A stretch of 64,000 bases of DNA from Limisphaerales bacterium (GTDB lineage Bacteria; Verrucomicrobiota; Verrucomicrobiia; Limisphaerales; AAA164-E04), in NCBI GenBank assembly GCA_965227305.1, contig OZ245740.1:9302512-9366511 (forward strand). Reading direction: 5' to 3'. The notes under the pieces were generated by a model that saw nothing but the letters and a program-made list of their open reading frames with translations, was not told the origin of the DNA and did not search any database. Position 1 is the stretch's first letter. The number at the start of each line of letters is the position of its first letter. This document shows, one piece after another, positions 18,385-26,858 of this stretch. The position numbers were made by a program, and so were the translations under genes.

Positions 18385-19197
18385 CTAGAGCCGATCTCGG
18401 TGAGGTTCCGCGTCCCGGTTCCAACGTGATAAGGCTTCGTCGCTGGTAGACGAGAACAAGGCCTCAAGCCCGAGCGATTCAGCGTGCCCGTCGCAGAATC
18501 CGATGTTCAGTTGCCCGAGGTGACGTCGTCGTATGCGTCGATCGGAACTCGGGCGGTTCTTGGATTCAGTTGCGCTGCGGCCGATCTTCGACATGCCGTC
18601 GCTCATGGTATTTCCCCAGCCGATGACGCCGTCACCGATGGCGATCATTGAGGACGGCACGCGGACTTGCGTTTGTCTTACGGGCACGATCTCCTGCAAT
18701 GCCGTGTCTGCAGCGCCACCCAGTCCGAGATTACCAACTCGGTTGACTCCCATTAGGCCGTCCATGTTGTAGCCATATTCCATGTAGCCTTCTCTGGGAT
18801 CCATGGCGCGGGGCCGCGATGTCCCCGGACAGTCGAATACGGTGCCTTCAACGGTCAGGTTAAGACTCCCGGTCTTCGGGAAAATACTGGAGATCCAGGT
18901 CGTGCCTTGCGCAGTGTGTCTTCGCCGTTGTGCCGTCGTTGCGATGAAGAGGGGGTATGCATCGTTGTTGGCTACAAAGCCGGCTAGGGCAACGAGTTGT
19001 TGCCGAATGTTCGAGAGACAGGTGGCACTTCGCGTCCGAGTCTTTGCTTTCCCTATGGCGGTCAGTGTGATGGCGGCAAGAACTGCGAGGATCGCGATGA
19101 CCGTCATGAGTTCAGTCAGGGAAAAGCCGGCGTGCCGCCCGTTTCGGGAACGGGCGCGTCGTATCCTTGATGACCTGCGCTTCTTTGGAGGATTCAT
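18385..19197 (-). CDS. prepilin-type N-terminal methylation domain protein with H-x9-DG tail
   Basis: GFSLTELMTVIAILAVLAAITL N-terminal motif and C-terminal HLGQLNIGFCDGH (H-x9-DG). Confidence 0.8.
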   Translation of the reverse strand: MNPPKKRRSSRIRRARSRNGRHAGFSLTELMTVIAILAVLAAITLTAIGKAKTRTRSATCLSNIRQQLVALAGFVANNDAYPLFIATTAQRRRHTAQGTTWISSIFPKTGSLNLTVEGTVFDCPGTSRPRAMDPREGYMEYGYNMDGLMGVNRVGNLGLGGAADTALQEIVPVRQTQVRVPSSMIAIGDGVIGWGNTMSDGMSKIGRSATESKNRPSSDRRIRRRHLGQLNIGFCDGHAESLGLEALFSSTSDEALSRWNRDAEPHRDRL

Positions 19198-19270
19198 CTC
19201 TGGTGGTGAATTGTGATGGAACTAGGATGTGGTTTGGCAGCCCGGATTGAAATGGGACATGAATCCGAGG

Positions 19271-20041
19271 CTATTCGTTTTGCCCCGTCAGAAAGGATTT
19301 TTCTGCCTGCTCGAAGTCCCCGTCCGGCGCCGTGAGCTCAATCCGGCGACCTTTGCTGGTGGCGTAAATACGGGCCCATCCGCCATCGGGAAGCGGGCGA
19401 GGGGTGCGTTCGCGGATGAGAAAGACTTCCGGACCCTCATAGGTGGCGTTGCTTGGATTTAGAAACTCGACTTCGGATGGGACCGGGCCGCTGAGGAGCT
19501 GGCTTTGCGACAGCTCGTCTAGTCGCTCGCGACCGAATCCGGGTGCCGTGTCTGCCGCTAGGTTGCGCTCAAGGGTGTGCCAGGAATCTGGGTAGGTGTC
19601 TTTTGCGGCGATTGCGAGGAGTCCATAGAGGTTGGTAAAGAGCCGAATGATTTGCTTCGATTTGTTTTGGGCCTCTCTTCGGGCTTTATGGAGATTACCC
19701 TCATTGGTTGCCGCTTGCATTTGGTCCTGAACGGAATCCAGTTCTGCCATCATCTCGTCGATATCGGTCAGGGCGATTTGTCTCAGACCCGCCACCTCAC
19801 CTCGTAGGCGAATCAGTTTGCGGTTTTCTTCCCGCAGTCGAGCGAGCGTAGTGGCATCTGGAGCCGCCGGAGGGGTGTCCGCGAGTTGGGTTCTTAGGTG
19901 AGCGACTTCGTTGGCGATTTCCCTTTGCGCCTGAATCTCGTGTTGGAGTCGGGCCTGCTCTTGACCTCGATGGAGATAGAGCAAGAGGCAGGCAAGCCCG
20001 TAGAAGCCGCAGCCGGCAAAGATGAGAATCGTTTTTGACAT
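19271..20041 (-). CDS. membrane-anchored coiled-coil protein, paralogous to the C-terminal half of the upstream sigma-fusion protein
   Basis: The ATG at 20041 gives MSKTILIFAGCGFYGLACLLLYL (TM), followed by a heptad-rich region. The C-terminal block EVFLIRERTPRPLPDGGWARIYATSKGRRIELTAPDGDF aligns with QYVLFREKQPRQLPNGTWERCYTHCDGSVITYRSDSPDF of the 20070..21563 product. Confidence 0.6.
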   Translation of the reverse strand: MSKTILIFAGCGFYGLACLLLYLHRGQEQARLQHEIQAQREIANEVAHLRTQLADTPPAAPDATTLARLREENRKLIRLRGEVAGLRQIALTDIDEMMAELDSVQDQMQAATNEGNLHKARREAQNKSKQIIRLFTNLYGLLAIAAKDTYPDSWHTLERNLAADTAPGFGRERLDELSQSQLLSGPVPSEVEFLNPSNATYEGPEVFLIRERTPRPLPDGGWARIYATSKGRRIELTAPDGDFEQAEKSFLTGQNE

Positions 20042-20069
20042 GATGGGTTGGGGGTGACTGCCGATCAGT

Positions 20070-21563
20070 CTATTCAATGGCTTTTTGATAGGCGGGGAGA
20101 TGGCGCAAGGTTTCTGGAATGGTGGGATCGGTGGCGACCAGATGATGCTTCTCTTCCACTGCGACGAAGTCTGGGGAGTCAGACCGATAGGTGATCACGG
20201 AACCATCGCAGTGGGTGTAGCAGCGTTCCCAAGTGCCATTGGGAAGTTGGCGCGGTTGCTTCTCTCGGAACAGGACGTACTGGGGTTCATTGACACTCAC
20301 GGGGCGGGCGTGTTTCACCCATTCGAAGTTTTCCAAGTGTAGATTGCCCCCGAATCCCTCGGTGTAGTGGTGCGCGAGTTCGTTGGTCATCTGGATGAAT
20401 CGATTGGGAAACGTGTCGTCGTGATCGGTAGCCCAGACTCGGCTGGCCATGCCTATGGTCTTGAGTGCATTAACGGTGTGATCGCGAAGGACTTCGGCAG
20501 CGATCTCAGCTTGGATGCGTTCGGTCCGCTGCTGGGCTTGAGCCAACTGCTCACGTCTTGAACCCAGCATTGCATGGAGTCTTCTTTTCTCATCAAGGTC
20601 CTCCACTCCGAGTCGTTTTGCTTCGGCTTCGAGAAGGGCCAGTTCGGGAAGCTTGGACTCCAGTTGCTGCATCTCATCATGCTGCTGGAGGACGTGGTTT
20701 TGAGTCATTGCTGCTTCGCGCAGATCTGCCAGGGCAACGTTGGTTTGGAGGAGAGATTCCAGCTCAGACCGGCTTTGGTTCAATGCGTTGTGCTGAATGA
20801 TGAGGGGCACGGTGATGGCCGTTGCGGCTGCGATAGTGAGGGTTGTTTTGAGATTCATGGCGGTAATCGTCAGTTTGTTTAGGAGGTAGAGTGAGGTGCC
20901 CGTGCCGACGGAGGCTGCCGCTGCTGCGGGGATAATGCTGGCCGCCAACCCGGTTGGGGCGAGCTGTCCGGCTGCGGTCGTGAGCAGGGTGGCCATGGAG
21001 GTGGCCTTCAGCGGTTTGCCCTGAGACTCGATGTAGGTCTTGAGTTTCGCGAGGGCCCGCGAGACCCGTTTTTGTGCCGCATCGTCGGAAACACCGAGGG
21101 TTTGTCCAATATCGGCGAAGCTCTTCTTGCGAAAGAAGCGGAGAATCACGGCGATACGGTCCTGATCCGGGAGTTGATCCAGCCCGTCATCCAAGAGCGG
21201 CAACAGTTGGTCTCCTGGATCCGGTGCGTTCGCGGGATCGTCGGGTGGGGTGAGTTCCATGGTTTGCCTTTCTCGCTCTAGGCGACGCACGTTGGCCCGA
21301 ACGCACTTGCTGGCGGCGAAGAAGGCGGCACGGTGAAGCCATCCGGCCAGCGGGACGTGCGCGGGAATCCGGTTCGCCTTGCGGGCCAAGTCGATAAAGA
21401 CGCTCTGGGTGACATCCCGTGCGAGATGGTCATCTCGGGTGATGCGTCGCGCGGTGCCCCACACTTGGTCCACGTAGCGATGAACAAGTTCCGCGAACTC
21501 GAGTTCGGCCTGATTCTGTGCATAGCGTTGCAGCAATTCGTGATCGCTCGTCATTTCCTTCAC
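20070..21563 (-). CDS. ECF-type sigma-70 factor fused to TM segment(s), coiled coil and a C-terminal domain
   Basis: Region 2 (FAELVHRYVDQVWGTARRITRDDHLARDVTQSVFIDLARK) and region 4 (LPDQDRIAVILRFFRKKSFADIGQTLGVSDDAAQKRVSRALAKLK). These are followed by hydrophobic segments (TLTIAAATAITVPLII) and ~250 further residues. Confidence 0.75.
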   Translation of the reverse strand: MKEMTSDHELLQRYAQNQAELEFAELVHRYVDQVWGTARRITRDDHLARDVTQSVFIDLARKANRIPAHVPLAGWLHRAAFFAASKCVRANVRRLERERQTMELTPPDDPANAPDPGDQLLPLLDDGLDQLPDQDRIAVILRFFRKKSFADIGQTLGVSDDAAQKRVSRALAKLKTYIESQGKPLKATSMATLLTTAAGQLAPTGLAASIIPAAAAASVGTGTSLYLLNKLTITAMNLKTTLTIAAATAITVPLIIQHNALNQSRSELESLLQTNVALADLREAAMTQNHVLQQHDEMQQLESKLPELALLEAEAKRLGVEDLDEKRRLHAMLGSRREQLAQAQQRTERIQAEIAAEVLRDHTVNALKTIGMASRVWATDHDDTFPNRFIQMTNELAHHYTEGFGGNLHLENFEWVKHARPVSVNEPQYVLFREKQPRQLPNGTWERCYTHCDGSVITYRSDSPDFVAVEEKHHLVATDPTIPETLRHLPAYQKAIE

Positions 21564-21910
21564 TCTATAACACCCAAGGGATTCTGAATCCGACAGCCTT
21601 TCAGCAGGAATTCTTTTTTGTGAGATTTTGGTCCTTAAATGAGGCCTTTAGCGAGCTGGGCCAACGATTTTTGAAGAGATCGAGATGTCGTGATCGTGAA
21701 GCCCCTGGATTACTGGGCCAAGGAAGGGGAGAATCTCTCGGTGTCGTAAAATAGAGCTATCATACTGCTTTTAGTGGGTACAGTTAATGTAGCCCTAAAC
21801 ACGCCATTGCCTCCTCTAAACCAGATATGGAGATGAAATGGGTTTGATGCGTGTTTTGTTTGAGAATAAAAGGCGTTTGATAGCAACCCCATAGATTGAA
21901 AGGACATCCC

Positions 21911-22771
21911 ATGCGGAAACTTATCTTCTCGGCTGACGGCCCATTCCTGCTGATCGACAAAGCGCGCACACGTCGTATTCCTGCACTGGATCTCGCGACT
22001 CGGAATTTGGCGGACTCTTTAAATCGACTGACCGCTGTGATTACCGTGACGAAGGATGCGGAGGCCGATGCACTGAAGAAGTCCGCTGCGGCACTAGCCG
22101 GGCAGTTGACGGAACGGATCGAGGGAGCCGTGGGGCCACTGGATCGCGATGGTGGGGTGGTTTATACCGACGCGGAGGGAGGCTTTACCTGCGGCTCTGA
22201 AGGCCGTCCGCCTATTCCGCTCCCGCCGGAGCCCGAAGTACTGCCCACGCCGGATGAACTGAAATCGGCGGGCGTTCTTGATAGCACGTCGGTGCGCTTG
22301 CTGAGTCGAGCCATCGAACACGAAATGAACGTGATCGAGCTCTTTGAGGATCCGCGTGAGATTGCCGAAAAGTTGGATGTTGAGTTAGATGAAGAAGGGA
22401 TCTCGACGCTCCGTTCCCTCGCGCCGTCTCGGATTGATCGCATATCTGATCCGGTACAACGCGAGGTGGTTCAGTACCTGCATCGGGTGCTTGAAGACGG
22501 GCGCTATACGGACTCCTTCCTCGCCAAGCCGGCGTCCGTTTCGGCTGCGCTTGATATCAAGTTGAGCGATGCCGCCTTCGATCGGATTTTGAAAGGAGCC
22601 TCCACCGGTTTGGGTGGGGGGCAGTTTGCTGAGCCGGTGTCGATTGCGGTTGGAATCACGGTGATTGTGGTGGTTGATTCGATTGTGGTGGGGTTGGTGG
22701 TGACGGCAACGAAGGCTAGTTTCGAAGGGCTTCGTACGGTTACGGATCGGTCGGGATTGCAGAAGTTCTAA
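21911..22771 (+). CDS. hypothetical 286-aa protein; candidate substrate/partner of the downstream radical SAM enzyme
   Basis: ATG at 21911 preceded by GAAAGGA. There is no signal peptide. Acidic helical segments are followed by GLGGG and then a Val/Ile/Thr-rich stretch, QFAEPVSIAVGITVIVVVDSIVVGLVVTATK. The stop overlaps the next ATG (TAATG at 22769-22773). Confidence 0.65.
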   Translation: MRKLIFSADGPFLLIDKARTRRIPALDLATRNLADSLNRLTAVITVTKDAEADALKKSAAALAGQLTERIEGAVGPLDRDGGVVYTDAEGGFTCGSEGRPPIPLPPEPEVLPTPDELKSAGVLDSTSVRLLSRAIEHEMNVIELFEDPREIAEKLDVELDEEGISTLRSLAPSRIDRISDPVQREVVQYLHRVLEDGRYTDSFLAKPASVSAALDIKLSDAAFDRILKGASTGLGGGQFAEPVSIAVGITVIVVVDSIVVGLVVTATKASFEGLRTVTDRSGLQKF

Positions 22772-24714
22772 TGGTTTCTCAAATCCAAGAGCCCGGGCCA
22801 ACTGTCGGCACGGAGCCGTGCGTCTGGTTGGGTTCGCTGCCGTGGACCAATATCACGCAACCGAATCTCGGCCTTGCGATACTGAAGTCCGTGCTTGCGG
22901 ATGAGGGCATTTCGGCACGAGTGGAACATCTGAATCTTGAGATGTTGCGCTTTTTGCGAGAAGGGACTTATGTCGGGCTGGCTCAGATCTGGGCGCTGAA
23001 TGATTATGTTTTTACGGGTAATCTGGATGCTCAACCGGTCGGGAATCGGCGTCGCTTGGTGAAAGAAACCATTGCCGAACTTTGGTGGTCGCCGACCTAC
23101 AACAACGGGGATGTCAAGGATCTCGACGCGGTGACGGCGGGGATCGATAAGCTGCGGGACGAGACGGTTCCGGCATGGCTGGAAGAAACGGCGGACCGGT
23201 TGGCTGCGGAGCCTTTCACCCTTTATGGCATGACGTGTGTCTTCGACCAGACCTTTGCTTCGATTGCCCTTGGCAAGGCGCTGAAGGCCCGATCGCCCGA
23301 TCGCTTGATCGCGCTTGGTGGTTATGCGGTGAGAAGCCCGACGGCGGAGATGTTGATTCGGGCATTCCCGTGGATCGATGCCGTCTGTATCGACGAGGGC
23401 GAACCAGTGATCACGGGCTTGGCTCGCGCTTCGGTTGGTCAAATCGCGCTGGATGAAGTGCCGGGGCTTGTGATTCGAGACGAGGCCGGGGCTCCGAAAC
23501 GAACGGCTGACGCCGAACGTTGGCAAATGGATTCCATCCCGATCCCGGATTATACCGATTGGTTCGAGGATCTGAAGCGCTTGTCTCGGGACCACCTGTT
23601 GGACATTTCGACCTTTGGAATGCCGGTCGAGAATTCGCGGGGTTGTTGGTGGGGTGCCAAAAAGCACTGCATCTTCTGCGGTATTTACGACAGTGATCTG
23701 GCCTATCGGCAGAAGTCCCCCGAGCGGGCACTAGAACAGCTGGATGTTCTGTCTGAGCGTTGGGGGGAAAAGCGTTTTCGCTTTGCCGATTATATTTTGC
23801 CGAACTCCTACTACAACACGTTGATCCCAGCGCTTTCGAAACGCGACTATAGCTTGGCCTGCGAGATCAAGGCCAACGTGCAAGGGGACAAGTTGCAGCT
23901 CTTGGCCGATGCCGGGTTTGTGGATGTGCAACCTGGGATCGAGAGCTTCTCGTCCGAGATCCTTCGTTTGATGGATAAGGGGGTTCGATCGACTCGGTGC
24001 GTCTATCTCATGCGGGTGGGGCGTGCCGTGGGCATCAAGGTGTTCTATAATCTGCTGCACTCCTTTCCCGGCGAGGGATTTGAACCGTATGAAAGAATGT
24101 TGCGCATGGTCCCGCGGCTGCGCCATTTAGATTCGCCGATGAGCAAGATCCCGGTCCAGATTACTCGGGGGGCACCGCTTCAGGTGGCTCCGGAGCGATG
24201 GGGCTTGCCGGTATCCGATCCGGAGCCGCGCTATGACATTTTGTTGTCGGAAGACTACGTCACCGCCAATGGTTTTTCGGCGGCCGACTATGCTTACTAC
24301 TTTAACCGGGTGCATCATGTGCCCGAGAAACTGCGATCGCTGCACCGGCGGCTCGCTGTCGAACTCCAAGCCTGGACCCGCATGGACGAACAACAGACGG
24401 CCACGTTGGTGCGGAGCGGTGAGGATGGAGGGCGACGAATTCAAGATGGCCGCTTTGGCGACCCGGTAGCCCATGACTTGTCGGAATTGGAGGCGGCGCT
24501 CTTGGACCTGATGGATGAGCCTGTGCCACTTGAGAGCGTGCGAGCCGAGGCGCGGGGAGGTTCTCTGGAAGCGATAGATGGGGCACTGGCCCGACTCGAC
24601 GAACTCGGGCTCTATTTCGAAGATGAAGGTGACGTTGTTGCCTTACCGTTGCCCGAAGCCCGAGGTGTCAATACCGCGGGCTGGATGAAGACACAGATCG
24701 GCGAACAGAATTAG
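22771..24714 (+). CDS. B12-binding-domain (class B) radical SAM enzyme, RiPP-maturase-like
   Basis: 647 aa. The N-terminal region is typical of class B rSAM enzymes (LPWTNITQPNLGLAILKSVLADEGI). The Cys motif RGCWWGAKKHCIFCG is C-x7-C-x2-C rather than C-x3-C-x2-C, and I associate it from memory with the TIGR03975 rSAM_ocin_1 family. The family assignment is unverified. Confidence 0.75.
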   Translation: MVSQIQEPGPTVGTEPCVWLGSLPWTNITQPNLGLAILKSVLADEGISARVEHLNLEMLRFLREGTYVGLAQIWALNDYVFTGNLDAQPVGNRRRLVKETIAELWWSPTYNNGDVKDLDAVTAGIDKLRDETVPAWLEETADRLAAEPFTLYGMTCVFDQTFASIALGKALKARSPDRLIALGGYAVRSPTAEMLIRAFPWIDAVCIDEGEPVITGLARASVGQIALDEVPGLVIRDEAGAPKRTADAERWQMDSIPIPDYTDWFEDLKRLSRDHLLDISTFGMPVENSRGCWWGAKKHCIFCGIYDSDLAYRQKSPERALEQLDVLSERWGEKRFRFADYILPNSYYNTLIPALSKRDYSLACEIKANVQGDKLQLLADAGFVDVQPGIESFSSEILRLMDKGVRSTRCVYLMRVGRAVGIKVFYNLLHSFPGEGFEPYERMLRMVPRLRHLDSPMSKIPVQITRGAPLQVAPERWGLPVSDPEPRYDILLSEDYVTANGFSAADYAYYFNRVHHVPEKLRSLHRRLAVELQAWTRMDEQQTATLVRSGEDGGRRIQDGRFGDPVAHDLSELEAALLDLMDEPVPLESVRAEARGGSLEAIDGALARLDELGLYFEDEGDVVALPLPEARGVNTAGWMKTQIGEQN

Positions 24715-25130
24715 CCTGGGAACAGGGAGCCGCGGATGGCGCCCCATACGCGATCTGTGACGGTACGGTTCTCGACCTTCCCTGGAAGGTAGGCCGAGCA
24801 CGGTATCGAGAGGGAGCGCGTCAGGAGCATTTGGCTGATCTAAGGAGGAAGTTGTCGTGTTAGTGGCCAGGATGTGGGCCGTTTTCCTTTCCTGGTCTAC
24901 GTATGCCGTCTTGGTTTGAGGCAATGCGGCTTGACATTAGGGAGTCTACGGTGCTTTCTGAGGGTAGCTCGGAGCGTTGGGAGACGCTAGAGTGATCAAG
25001 GATTAAGCACTAGGACACTCCCCTTATGAAACTGCTGAACCAGAATGGAGCTGGCAATCGTACTGACTGCGGTGTCGATTCCTCCCTTTTCTTGGCGTCT
25101 GCCACGGGGCGCCTTCTTGTTGCAAGGGCA

Positions 25131-25769
25131 ATGCCTTTTTCTCTCGTTTCCTCCGTGAGCTTGGGATTTGCCAGAGCTCGGCTGCTGGGGCTCGTTGTCG
25201 GGGTTTGTCTGGCCCTAAACATGTACCCCGCTCAGGGGCAAATTACGCTGACTGTTTCTCAAGACGGCAGTGGTATGAATGTGAGTGTCTTGAATGGAGC
25301 TGTCTTCACGGCTACGAGTTCATTCGTAGGCAATAATGTCTTTTTCGGTGTTACCTTAAAGAATCTGCTAATCGGGAACACGGTGGTGCAGACGTCATTC
25401 AACGAGCAGGGATCGTTTGCGCTCAACGGACGCAAGACGAATATTTACAATGGGACGTTGTCACATGGTGGTAGAGACGCGACGGATTTGGTTTTGGGAT
25501 TCGATGCCTTTCCCGAACCCTATTCACAAAATGATCAGATCCCCCTAGGTCCAGGGAGCGTGAAGATTGTCGGTGTGAATTATAATTTCACTGAGTTGGG
25601 CTCGAATGGAACGGCCTATTTGTTCGACGTTAACGGCACGGTACTCACCGATTCTTCCGTGACTTGGACCCTCGTGCCTGAGCCCGAAACCTACGCTGCG
25701 ATAACCGGGCTCGTCTGTGTCGGATTGGTGGTCTTCCGTCGTTCCTCGCGCCCGCGAGTTACGGTCTGA
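25131..25769 (+). CDS. PEP-CTERM sorting-domain protein
   Basis: The ATG at 25131 gives a signal peptide. The C-terminus VPEPETYAAITGLVCVGLVVFRRSSRPR has PEP motif + TM + Arg cluster. The mature part is ~65% identical to the next gene's product (by-eye estimate). Confidence 0.8.
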   Translation: MPFSLVSSVSLGFARARLLGLVVGVCLALNMYPAQGQITLTVSQDGSGMNVSVLNGAVFTATSSFVGNNVFFGVTLKNLLIGNTVVQTSFNEQGSFALNGRKTNIYNGTLSHGGRDATDLVLGFDAFPEPYSQNDQIPLGPGSVKIVGVNYNFTELGSNGTAYLFDVNGTVLTDSSVTWTLVPEPETYAAITGLVCVGLVVFRRSSRPRVTV

Positions 25770-25790
25770 TCTCCATGTTCATGGTGGGGG
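25644..25790 (+). repeat. 147-bp near-identical duplicated block (copy 1) covering the PEP-CTERM tail, stop codon and 21 nt beyond
   Basis: Differs from 26464-26610 at only 3 positions, all synonymous. The rest of the two genes is much more diverged. Confidence 0.85.
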
Positions 25791-25977
25791 CTGTCGGATC
25801 CTTGTTTGGGAGCTTGTGGAAGTCCATTTCTTCTTTTGGTGTCCGAGTTTTCGATTGTAATACATCCCACTTGACATATGCGGACTTGCGTAGTTCGGTT
25901 AGTGGATGTTGTGGCGTCGGGAGGTGTCCAAGTGTCCGAGGAACTGGGTCTTTTTGTAAGCTTTTAAACGTTTTCTA

Positions 25978-26589
25978 GTGAAATTGTGCTCCATCGAATC
26001 TCGGCTTCTGGCAATGATTGCGGGGGGCTGTCTGTTACTGAACATAGGTAGCATTCACGGGCAAATCACCCTGACTGTTTCTCAAGACGCTAGCGGTTTG
26101 AACGTGAATATACTGAACGGTGCCGTTTTTACTGCGACTTCTTCATCTGCGGGCAACAACAATTTTTTTGGCGTCGTATTCAATAATCTACTGGTGGGCA
26201 ATACAGTGGCTCAGGTTTCCTTTGAGCAAGGAAACTTTTCGATCAATGAATTGACGACGAACATTTTTAATGGAACCAGCCAGTCGCCACCCAGGGATCT
26301 AACGGATCTGTTTTTAGGATTTGATGTCCCTTTCGTGCCATACTCGGTGAATGACCAGATCCCTCTAAGTACGGGGAGTGTCCAGATTACCGGTGTAAAT
26401 TATAATTTCACCGAGTTGAGTTCCAGTGGGACTGCATTCTTGATCGACGGCAGTAGTAATGTGCTCACCGATTCTTCCGTGACTTGGACTCTGGTACCTG
26501 AGCCCGAAACCTACGCTGCGATAACCGGGCTCGTCTGTGTCGGATTGGTGGTCTTCCGTCGTTCCTCGCGCCCGCGAGTTACGGTCTGA
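25978..26589 (+). CDS. PEP-CTERM sorting-domain protein (tandem paralog)
   Basis: GTG start at 25978 (an alternative ATG lies a few codons in). Signal peptide LLAMIAGGCLLLNIGSIHG and a PEP-CTERM tail identical to that of the preceding gene. Confidence 0.8.
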   Translation: MKLCSIESRLLAMIAGGCLLLNIGSIHGQITLTVSQDASGLNVNILNGAVFTATSSSAGNNNFFGVVFNNLLVGNTVAQVSFEQGNFSINELTTNIFNGTSQSPPRDLTDLFLGFDVPFVPYSVNDQIPLSTGSVQITGVNYNFTELSSSGTAFLIDGSSNVLTDSSVTWTLVPEPETYAAITGLVCVGLVVFRRSSRPRVTV

Positions 26590-26610
26590 TCTCCATGTTC
26601 ATGGTGGGGG
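26464..26610 (+). repeat. 147-bp near-identical duplicated block (copy 2)
   Basis: See 25644-25790; the offset is exactly 820 bp. Confidence 0.85.
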
Positions 26611-26858
26611 CGCTGATTCGGAGTAGGATCTTGCTAGCTTAGCAGCACCTCCGTGAGGTTCATGTCGAGTTGCCGACTATCGACTTCCAGATTTCAGTTT
26701 CTGATTTTTGAATGGGGGGGTGATTCGATCTTCGATGTGAAAGTCAGGGGTTAAGATACAAAATCGGGGGAGGTGAGTGTCTCTTGAGTGGAATGTCCTT
26801 TTGCGGCTCACTCAAACCCAGTTCCGCTACCGGCGCTTTGCGTGTTCGGAATCATTGA

